Below, piece by piece: positions 53,651 to 64,000 of a stretch of DNA of 64,000 nucleotides. This stretch comes from Gnetum montanum (taxonomy: Eukaryota; Plantae; Gnetophyta): assembly GCA_015680685.1 (NCBI GenBank), contig MNCI01002813.1, forward strand, positions 551,259-615,258. The letters are read 5' to 3'. Numbering within the stretch: position 1 is the stretch's first letter; each line of letters begins with the position of its first letter. The notes beneath the pieces were generated by a model. The model had not been told where the DNA came from and made no database searches. It worked only from the letters and a program-made list of their open reading frames with translations. Both the position numbers and the translations under genes were made by a program.

Positions 53651-54221
53651 CCTCTACCTAAAACCTTACCTATAAACTTCCCAGCATTTACGCTGTTGAG
53701 CGTTTATGCTGCTGACCATACACCGATTCTTTCTGTAAACCTCCCAGCATTTACACTGCGTAGTTAAAACTAACTACCTGCAAACTATCCACCATCTACG
53801 CTGCTACCGTTAAAACTTACCATATGCAAGTCTCCCAGCATCTACGATGTTAGCCATACACTATACACTTTATGCTGCAGACTTTGCCTACGTTGTACAC
53901 AATACTACTAAAGTTTACATTGCACATTTTACATCGTAGACTTCTCTACGCTGCCATCCAGTATATGCTACACTCCGCAAGTTGTAACCCTGTTTACGTT
54001 GCATGCTGACACTGTATACACTGCTTAGTGTATACGCTGTACGATTTACATCATAGATTCGTCTATGCTGACCCTATATGCTGCATACCTATACGTTGTC
54101 TACACTGTCGTTATACGTTGAACGTTGAAGCGTATACGTTGCATGTCACCATGTAGGTTTACACTGTACTCAGTACACTAATTTCACATCCCTATACTGT
54201 GTCATATTCTCAACAGGCTAT

Positions 54222-57200
54222 CATGAACACCGTAAACACCACCGCTACAACCACACAGGTCACCGACATCATGGGCATCATGGTTGTCCAATAGCCCATG
54301 GTCCAACAGCCAACAGTACAACCCACAGTGGGGCCTCGCTATTCCCTCAGGTTGCAAGGGAGGAATCCAACATCCAACATCATAACCCAAGACTAGTACA
54401 ACTTCGTATGTATGAAGATACAAGTTGGCCTAGCTATGGATTGAGCTGAAATAGAGGTAAAGAGGCAATACGAACTCTTCTACAGGGGGGATGTGAGTTC
54501 ATTCCTTCCTCGTATGATATCATCCCTCTTCCAGAGCCTTACTCAGAGCTCATCACACAACTCCTCCTGCAAAGGAGCTAGTCGTTAGATCAGCCTATGG
54601 TACATCCCCAACTGGAAGAAGAGGATGAGTTCATTGTCCAATCCAAACATGAAGACTCCTATCACACCCTTAGCCCACAAAAACATGTCAACCCCATGTT
54701 TCATCTAAGCATAGGGGAAATCATGCCCCTCCAACCTCTCAGGTTCACCCAGGTGCAAGTACCTTCGCTAGAAACATCCGCACTTGTTCATGTTCCCCCA
54801 GCAACCAGCCCCCAACTCAGTACACTTCCTCTCGCTATCATCCCCACTGCAACTGTAGGCCCATCCTCACAAGAACCACCCCCTCATGATAACATGGGAG
54901 AAACCTTCCTACCCTGAGTGATAGGGATGCCACATGTTATACTGGCATCTACGTCTGCCCATTACATCCCCCACATCCAAACGCATAGAGCCCCTTCCAT
55001 CACCGTAACCCACCAGGGAGTTCCCTCACAAAACACGGTCAGGAAATGGGCAGCGATGGGTGTCCAATAACATCAACCCCCTCACTACAACATACCACCT
55101 CATACAATTCCACCGGCCAACATCCCCCAAGTACAGTCAAAACCACAGCAACAACAACCTCTTGCCTATAATGTGCCATCCTTAGTGCCACACGCTATGA
55201 ACATTCCACAAGTACAACTACCAACTGCACAACTTTCAACCTTCCAACCTACTATTCAACAATCTAACCCATACACTACATCGCACCCCCAAGCTATCAC
55301 CTCACCTAGCACTCAAGACTGGGAAGATGCTAAAAAATTAATGTAGGAACTAACTGACGAGGTCAAACATCTCAAAACAGCTGCCAATGGAGAGTTGAAG
55401 GTAGTGGACTTCTATCATAATGACCCCATCAACCCTTCTATTCCACCCCTAATCTTTCCCAAAGGAATATCATTGCCAACACTAACTAAATATAACATGG
55501 AGACAGACCCCAATGCTCACCTCATAACATTTAGATTAGAATGTGCATTACTCCAAGCATGACTCCATGCCATTTTGCGAGTGTTCCCTATGTCCCTCGC
55601 AGGGAGAGCACTTGATTGGTACCAGGCCTTGCTGAGGAATTCCATATTTTTCTTGGAATAGTTGTTACATCAATTCGTGACCAGGTTCAAGTATAACTTG
55701 AAACCTGAGGTGACACTAGATAGTCTTATACAAGTTAAACAAGCACCGCTAGAACCTGTACAAAAATTCATTCAGAGGTGGAGTGTTTCTCTAAATGAGC
55801 TACACGAGCCAATCCCCTAGACATATCTTCCCACCATTCTAAAGGGAGCTATTAATGACTTTTTCAAATCCAAGCTATACTATCTTAATGCACGTAACCT
55901 TAACCAAGCCTTTGTACAGATTAAAAATATAGAAGAGGCAGCCCAAAATAGCCATGATCCTACGTATTTAGCCTTCAAAAATCAACACAGTAAGAAAGAT
56001 AAAGAGAAGGGTAAAACAACCATAGCAGCAATAGCGGAAACGTAACAAGAAAATGTGGCACAAAAAAACAATCCACTGGTAGCCCCTACTAACTATACTA
56101 AACCTACTCCCACAACCGCATCGGAATCATCATCATCGCAGAAACCAACACTAAACCGTACAAGAAAATTTGAGAGGAAAGAACCCTATCAATATACACC
56201 ACTGCCTATGAATCCATCCCAACTATTCGACCAACTCCTGAAGGCTTGGTTAATGAAACACAAACATTTATCCCCTATGGCCATCCAGAGACATGATCAG
56301 TTCTATCAACTCGTTCAGAACCCAAGCCTAGCAACACCAGATGAACCTCCAGTACCCAAAGGGTTTAGAATGGATCACTTTTGCAACTATCACCAATGTA
56401 ACAGGCATGGCATGGATTACTGTTTCACTCTAAAGTAGGGCATACAACGAATGATCGACAGAGGCCAAATCACCTTTGATGAGGCCAACCTAGTCCACCC
56501 ACAAAACTAGGTTATGGGGGTGTATAAAGACCCTCTGAACACCAAAGAGGCGTTGTACGTTATTAACAAAATCTACTTAGATAATGAACCCAAAACACCT
56601 AACATTAACACCATTTACTCTGAATATGAACAAAAAACACCTAACAAGCCCTTTGTAGTTCATGTTCCTCCCACTAAACCAACATCCATGCCTCAACCAC
56701 CACGTACCTCATAGCAGCCATATGTCATCCAAGTGCCCTTGCCCGAAGCAACATCTAACACCCCGACACGCGAAAAACCATACGTGGTGCATGTACCTCC
56801 TGATGTCACTACCTCAAATCTACCAACCCATCCGAGTACCACCCATAGTCACAATAGCGAAGGTCCAACCTCCACCTAAACCAACCTCATACATCATTAG
56901 GACACCCAAAAGTCCTAATGATTACCAACCATCCACCTCACAAACACAAAGTAAACCTAGTCCTTACGTCATTAGGGTACCTAGCTAGCCTTCTACTCAA
57001 CCACATTCAATTGTCCAACCACAACCCCTCTCAGCTCCATATGTGGTACAAATCCCAAGGTAACCCAAGGCTCTAAGAATAGCTCCACCTCCACGCCACA
57101 CACAAGAACGCTTAGTGGATAGGCTTACACATGAACGCTTGGAGAAGGAGCGTTCACAGTTAGGTGTAGGGTCACCTAAACCCATCCCACTTAACATCGT

Positions 57201-58400
57201 ACCCATGAAACCACCTAACAGTTAACCAAATGCAGGCCATGAGGGTGAATCATCCAAAAAACAGGATGCATCTAAAACAATGATTCCAAGCAAAAATGAT
57301 GGACCAATGAAGCATGACATAAAAATGTTGGGCCCAATGGACCCAGTCACTGTCGATAAAAACGCGTCCAACAATAGAGACTTAGCAATAGCTTTAACAC
57401 AAGTCACACAAGCACTCAAGCAAAAGAACACTTCACTAAGCTTGTATGACTTAGTTCTAACATCCCAAACACATTGTGAAACTTTGGTACGCATGTTAAT
57501 GTTGATCCCAGTAAGGGAGGACTTGCCTCCAAATGAACCCTCCATTTTGCAGTAATGTACTCGCCCCAAGGGACAACTTACAAACCATTAAGTTCCACAA
57601 TGATAACATTAAGATGGATAAGAAAATAGGGGAGATAACAACAGCTCCCATGTTCATAACAATACACATAAATCAGTTTAAGATACATAGGGTCCACGTA
57701 GATGATGGAGCTGCCACAAACATAGTACCATACCCCATCGTTGAACAACTAGGGCTTATAGAGTTAATCAAACCAACTGCAACCACATGTTTAAAATCAT
57801 TCAGCAGGTCATGCATGATGGTCAAAGGCACTATGACCTTAGACTTTATAGTAGGGGACCAATTTCCCACACCCATTGACTTCGTAGTGGTTGATGAAAT
57901 GTCAGGATTCAACCTAATATTAGGAAGGCCCTGGTTGGCCCAACTGAAAGCTGTCTCATCCCCTATAAACCAAGAGATTCATCTTCCTTATGAAGGCAGT
58001 GAAATCATCATACATGGGGAGGCTACTACACCTATTATTTCATTGTACATGGACATAGACCAAGGCCCAGAGGTTCATCTTGAAGAGCCTAAACCAAATG
58101 ACATAAATAAGCAACAAACGGTAAGTGGTAATCCTTTAAACACAGAAAAAGATCCACCCAAAATAGAAATACCTATGCCTAACATTGTACATACACCTCC
58201 TCAATTAGAAACTAACACAGAGCTCACAAAAAATACCGAAACACAAGAAAACACTAACATAGGAACCACTCCATCAGACATCCCTTAGGCTGAATTACCA
58301 TTCAACATGATCAACAAAGGGGATGCTGAATACAGAATCATACTAGCTGATACATCAACTAATGTAAAAATAAGAAGAATAAAAAAACTATTAAAATAAT
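54222..58400 (+). pseudogene. Decayed gag-protease of copy E; no RT/RH/INT
   Basis: gag LTKYNMETDPNAHL..FPMSLAGRALDWY; Tat/Ogre-type knuckle FCNYHQCNRHGMDYC (~56380-56423); protease IHRVHVDDGAATNIVP...GFNLILGRPWLAQLKAVSS (ORF 57533-58288). Confidence 0.9.
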
Positions 58401-58409
58401 ACCATCTCA

Positions 58410-58670
58410 ACTTGTCTAAAATGATGTTAAACTACAACTTATCTGGAATGACAATAAACTACAACAAGCCCGAGAAGACATCAAACTACACTCCAAGTCC
58501 AGAATGACGTTAAACTACCATGTCCACAACGACATAAAACTAGCCATGATCAGTAGTGGTTAGTCAACTGAGAAATCTACCCATGTCATCTGAAATATTC
58601 CTCAGTTATGCTAGGGCCTAAAATGGCCTTAAACTACGCATGTGGCCTGAAATGGCCTTAAACTAGTTCA
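58410..58670 (+). repeat. Tandem aaactac / ggcctaaaatggccttaaact repeats after copy E protease
   Basis: Imperfect ~28-30-bp units related to the copy D array at 50075-50295. Confidence 0.75.
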
Positions 58671-58965
58671 TTCACTTATACTTTGTTTTCCTTTTTCGCT
58701 TATCATTTATAATTACATTCGCACATTACACTTAAAATAGAAAAATAAACCAAAACATTTTACATTTCCGTGTCATGTATGCAATTAAAATCAAAATCAA
58801 CAAACAATTTTTTATACATGCAATCATGTACAATTACAAGGGTTAACTATTTTTGTTCATCTGTTCAAAATACCTCAAAATTTTCAATTTACAATTCCCA
58901 TATCAATTTGAGTCAGAATAGTTCCACAATGCAAAACCAACAAAAAAACTAACTAACTAGAAACT

Positions 58966-61900
58966 AAGCATCTAGGATGGGAAGATCATCCTCTTGAGAT
59001 CCACTGGCATTAGGGGCCCCCGCTCTACTGGGGCCAGCTTCTTGGACATCGTCACCACCTTCATCCTAAAAATACAAAAGGAGACAATCAATGTACGAAT
59101 GAGAGAACACTAAAATTTCAAACATTATTTAGAAAATCAATTTCATAATGAAAAAATGCTTACCATAGGAGATCCCCCTAAGCCAAATTCCAGTCGATGA
59201 AGGATTTCCTCTTCTGAGACACTTGTCTAATCGATCCTATCAAGGCCTAGGTTGACGTCTGCCAAGGCCTTCCCCTTGTCGATAGCTGACTAGGTAGGAC
59301 ACTTTAGAGGGAATTCACCCATAGACACTTCCCTAGAAGTGGTTGTAATCACTCTTGTAGGTGACTCCATCTCAATAGTTGTGTTTTGGGCAAAAGTATC
59401 AAAAGCATAGCGCAAACCCAAACCCTCCACAAACATTTCTAGTTGGTGTTTTTCAATGGAAACTTCCTTTAATGACTTCTTATAATGATGTTTGTGGTTC
59501 TTCTCATCCTGACCCCACTTGCAAACCTTGGAAGCGAAAGCTTTCCAATCTTGGCATTTGAGGTTCAGGAGATCTATTTAGGCCTTACGCTCTGCTAGTC
59601 TTCATGTTAGTGATGCATGACGATTGAGAAAATTCCAATACCTGGTGTAGGTGACCTCAAAAGTCTTCCAAGAGCGATCAATGCTTAGTTTGGTAGAGGC
59701 GAACTCATACCGAGCCTTAAGATCATCACGCTCAATCGACAACTAAGAGAATTCCTTTTCCTTTGCTTGAATCTGTAGCCACAACTATTCGACAAAATTC
59801 CTACAGGTCCATAGCGACTTGGCATTGTGTACAAGACCTTCCACCACCTCCTCATAAACAGGCCTTGGCACCTACTTCACTTCTAGGGATAATGTGGGTA
59901 AACTCTCTATGCTAATGGTCTTAGAAGGATCCCACCTCAGTTTGGCACCTATGCACATGAAAAGAACAGACATTAAAATGACAAAGAATAGGGTGTGAAA
60001 CTATAAAACTACAGATAATTCAAAACATTCATACCTATTTTAGGGTGGGCCTCCTGAATTTTTTCAACAACTTCTTCTACGATTCCAGCCACAAAATCCA
60101 TCTTACTTGCCATTTCTGTCCAAGTAAATGGCCCACAAGTGCGGGACGGACTAACCTCTGCAATCCTTTCAGGAGGAACCATTTTCATAGGTACGTCCAG
60201 CTGCACCATCCTGGTTTCACTGCCCTCGTTTGAAAGAATTGAAAACGCAAAAGTAGAATACCATGGAAACGATAACTAACGAAGCAATATAAAATAGAAT
60301 AAAAAGAAAACATACCATGCTCCTTGTCACCTTTTGGGGCATCACCTAGGTCCAGCTTTCCCTTAAGAATGCTGCTAAACATTTGATCGACACCACCTTG
60401 GTCATTTGATGACTCAGTTTCTGTGGTGTCTCCCTTCAACTCTTCCATTCCTCCTCCTTGATCTTTCTTCACATTTTCCTCCTCAGTGTTTCACTTCGTG
60501 TTAGTCTCCTCCTCTTCGGTAATAGTATCTAATGCTTGCTTCCTCACTTCTCGAATCAAGTTTAAAGGTATCAGTGGCATGTAAGTGATTGAAGTAAAAA
60601 TTATGAATAAAATGAAAACAATAAAGTAATAAGTGTGCGAAGTCTACTTACCAGGCATCTTAAATCGTATGCACTTCACTCGTGGCTCGCTCACATTCGA
60701 GACTTCCTCAGTTGCGCGTTCATGCTTCTTCAGCTTCGATTTGGCTTGGCCAACGGTCTCCTTGATGACCCATTCTACTCTTTTCACAGTATAGGGTATG
60801 TCATCTAGCTCTAATCCAAAACTGTCATGTGTGTGGATTGAGGTACCAGATGACCCCCCTATCATGATAGACACAGATTCATCAATTCCCTCGGGCGCAT
60901 CCTAGGACTTGGATGTTTCAAATAAATGGTTGATCCAAAGGTAGGATAGTTGATCCTAATCCCGTAGAACATACTTGTTGTCTACATGAACCACTAGACA
61001 CTCAGCTAAGTGGTGAAGGTAACCGACAAAGAAGGCAAAGGTGAAGTGGGACTATGCCTCGACATTCGAACGTAATCGCACTATCTCTTTATGCAGGCCC
61101 AACAACAAAAATTGGGCCCAATTATAGTGCATTCCGGTTTCTAGGAAAGTTCGCATGACACATATAGCTTCGACCCCAAGACTCTGCACCTAGGAAAGGG
61201 ATTTGGGGAATACTCGTGCCCTAAACAGGGGATATAGTTCATTTACCTCCTCAACCCTTGATTTCCCCTGCATTGGGAATCCCTTGTCACCCTTGGCCAC
61301 GCCCAACCATTCCTCCAATTCACAAACCGTTTGGAGCTCTTTATGAGCCCTATCTAAAACTACACTTATGCCATTTGCTGATACCCAAAATAAGTTTGAA
61401 AAGAATTTGGGTGATAGATGGAAAACTACCTTAACACCCTTAATCTGGGTTTTGTAGTAGGAGACAGACTCATTAAAGGAATCCACGATCCCAATCATTT
61501 CCACTATTGATACATCAAGGCTCAGGGTCATAAATAGTTCCATGAGGTTGGCATTGTCTAAGCAATGAACGATGGATGGTGGGGCATGGATACATAACCA
61601 CTTTTGGGCCTTACTGACCTCTCCAAACTTCATCGACAGCGTAGTCTTAGTTCGTCCCATTGTAACTGGGTCCCCACTAGGAGGTACATCAACTGCAAAT
61701 ACAATTTAAAATTTTCATATCAATATAACCCCCGGCAGTTGAAAAAACATGTTAGCACATCTAGAAAATATTGTCATTCACCTTCCATAGTGGATTTGCA
61801 TGTGCTGCCTAAGCCAAAGTCATGGGGGAAGACTGGTCCCTTGTCTAACCAATCTTCATGCAACCATCCACGAGCTTGGCACATCACGAATGCTCTAGAG

Positions 61901-63413
61901 AACTATTTGTGAAAATGAATGATAGCACCCTTCGTTTAACCTAATATGGTTCCATGAAGGGTGGGACCTACCATAAATGCCTCTAGAGCAGTGCAAGCTA
62001 GAGTAAGCCCACCATCCTCAACACACGTTCCGTCTAGGTTAACTTTAGGCCTACAAACAAATGGATGTTAAAACAGAAGCAAATGCCACTCGACAAAAAG
62101 AAACAACAAACTTAAATGGTCCTACCTATCCACCCGGTACATTGTTCCAAAGGGATTCTGGAACAGTGTGTGTGCACGCACAGCTAAGAATAAGGTGTTG
62201 TTGAGGTAGTCCTACCTTGGCGGCAATTGTGCCCACATGCACGCTAACAGGTGTGTAGACCTGGGCCCACAAGAAGAATCATCCTCATTCACAAGCAACC
62301 CCTCGTCAATGTCTTCTATGAAGACCATGACACCCTTCGTGGCTCCCGGCAGCATGGCCTCAAGCATGCTCCATGCCACTAGTTCACTTAGGTGTGACTA
62401 GATAACCACTTCGAAGTTGTCCAGCATGAAGGTCAGGAATTCACATGCACCTTCTATGAACCAGACCCCATTGTTGTCCATAGTTAGATCTAGTGTAGGC
62501 TCATCAGCCTCAATGGGGACAAACCATGTTAGCACCCCAATGAGCTCAACAATAAGGAGAAAAGGCTTAGTGTCCCTGCAAGCAACCAAGATGCCACCGT
62601 AAATTAGCCATGCATCAAAACGATACGAAAAACAAAAGTGCACATCGTAGACCGACACTTAGAAAAAATTGCAAACTGTTTACCCTTGGTGTATACACTA
62701 CATAACCGAGTGTATACGCTGATAAAAACTATCTATGCTCAGAGTATACACTACTTAACCCGATGTATACATTGACAACAAACTATTTATGCTATCGACC
62801 AAACCATTTACACTCAGCATATACGCGACAGAAACCCTTAGCGTATACGCCATAGAAGCCTTTAGCGTAAATAGTCTATGCTAGACACTGTACAAACAGT
62901 TTATGTTGAATCCTATGCAAATAAATTTATGCTGAAAATAGTTTACATGGAAATAGGTCTAAGCTGTACCATACTTGAAAAGACAGAACTGTGCATGCTC
63001 AGAGTATACGCTGTAGAAACCCTCAGCATATATGTTGTAGCAGCCTTTAGCGTATACGCTGATAAAATTGTCTATGCTTCATGCAAGAAAAAGTGTTTAC
63101 GCTACGCACTGATAAAATAGATTATGCTGTGACTGCCTATGCTATCGAGACTTTACGTTGTGAACCTACACTCAGCGTATACGCTGAAATCCTCTACGCC
63201 AACTCTGTACGCTCAGCGTATATGTCAAATCCCTCTACAAGACTATCTACACTACGAAAATAGAGGTGGGATCAGAGCCTACTTGTGTGACAATCCAGGC
63301 CATGATGGAATCCTTGGCCTAGGTAGGCACTGCAACATGGCCTCACTCTCCTCTGCGAAGATCAAGTCAGGTCCTTTCCTCCCTTGGCCTTCCACTTCCT
63401 TGCCTTTGCCCAT
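58966..63413 (-). pseudogene. Antisense 8-exon gene of copy E: FCP1/NIF-like (HAD) pseudophosphatase domain + plant transposon-ORF-like domain + coiled coil
   Basis: Exons 63413-63283, 62575-62126, 62050-61782, 61692-60652, ~60579-60316, ~60229-60035, 59948-59164, 59065-~58966. All seven donors are GT. Five acceptors are AG and two are decayed, and phases join in frame. A few in-frame stops (TAG/TAA/TGA) are of the deamination type. Confidence 0.8.
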
Positions 63414-63696
63414 CTCGGCGTCCTCTACGCTTGGATCGACAGTTGACGCTAAGGGTTGAAACTATTTACGCCTATGCTGAGCCTCTACGCTAGAGTCTAA
63501 GTCTCTATGCCAACAGTTGAACTTCTATGCTCTGTGTCTATGCTGGGGTTTAGTCATTGGCATCTACGCTCAGGGTTTGGGTTTACGCTTACGTTGGGGT
63601 TTCACAGTTTACGCTTACGCTGGGTTGTCTATGCTCAGATTTTACGCTCAGGATTATGCTGCCGATTCAAAGTAACAACAAATGATGCCCCCCACC

Positions 63697-63704
63697 CTTT
63701 TATA
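63697..63704 (-). promoter_or_regulatory. TATA box (TATAAAAG) of the antisense gene
   Basis: About 285 bp upstream of the ATG at 63413, on the same strand. Confidence 0.5.
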
Positions 63705-63812
63705 TCGTGCTCTGCCATTGTTGCCACCACTACTGATGCCACCTCCTCGCGGTTTTTCATTTTTTGCCTCTTTTTTTCCTTTTTTGCTTATTTTTAGCTA
63801 AAATTTTCTCAA

Positions 63813-63832
63813 ATATATATATATATATATAT
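63813..63832. repeat. (TA)n microsatellite
   Basis: atatatatatatatatatat. Confidence 0.95.
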
Positions 63833-63919
63833 CTAAAATAAAAGAAATTACTACATCCCATTCCCCTATGCACCCCATTTCAGGTGTTTATGCTGAACAT
63901 TCTAGTGCAAACAATGTAT

Positions 63920-64000
63920 GGCCCGGTACGGCCTTAAACTGCCGTTACGGCCTGGTACGGCCTTAAATTGCCGTTACGACCCGGTAAGGCATTAAACTGC
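63920..64000 (+). repeat. 29-bp tandem array ggcccggtacggccttaaactgccgttac, continues beyond window
   Basis: About 3 units visible; shares the ggccttaaact core with 58410-58670. Confidence 0.9.

Noticed and set aside
62296-62335. VMVFIEDIDE as an AAA+ Walker B motif
   Set aside because: No Walker A nearby; the flanking sequence fits the FCP1/NIF fold better.

Overview
This is plant-type repeat-rich DNA with no recognisable intact host gene. It has two long N gaps (2910-3516, 21646-22572) and heavy CG/CHG deamination decay (TGG/CAG>TAG). It is a stack of nested, mostly decayed retroelements: (i) a Ty3/gypsy integrase tail with an intact 170-aa downstream ORF (1-1307); (ii) a CRM-like chromovirus with tRNA-iMet PBS, gag, protease and RT, truncated before RNase H (~7250-12300); (iii) two L1-like LINE remnants (~18000-21645 +, ~35900-37800 -); (iv) two Athila-like minus-strand pieces (23478-28260, ~40300-43200); (v) five pieces (A-E) of one Tat/Ogre-like family; four show a tRNA-Asn PBS, and B, D and E show Gag+protease with no RT/RNase H/integrase. 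The main finding is in the best-preserved copy E (52452-64000). It carries an antisense 8-exon gene (63413->~58966, about 1,070 codons by my splice reconstruction) with its own TATA box. Its N-terminus reads as an FCP1/NIF-type HAD phosphatase fold with the catalytic aspartates lost, followed by a plant transposon-ORF-like domain and a coiled coil. A divergent homologue of the 3' exons with similarly placed introns sits in copy D. Each element family also carries its own CpG-centred palindromic motif, dispersed through LTR, 5' leader and antisense-gene introns. All family and domain assignments come from reading motifs by eye; no searches were run.
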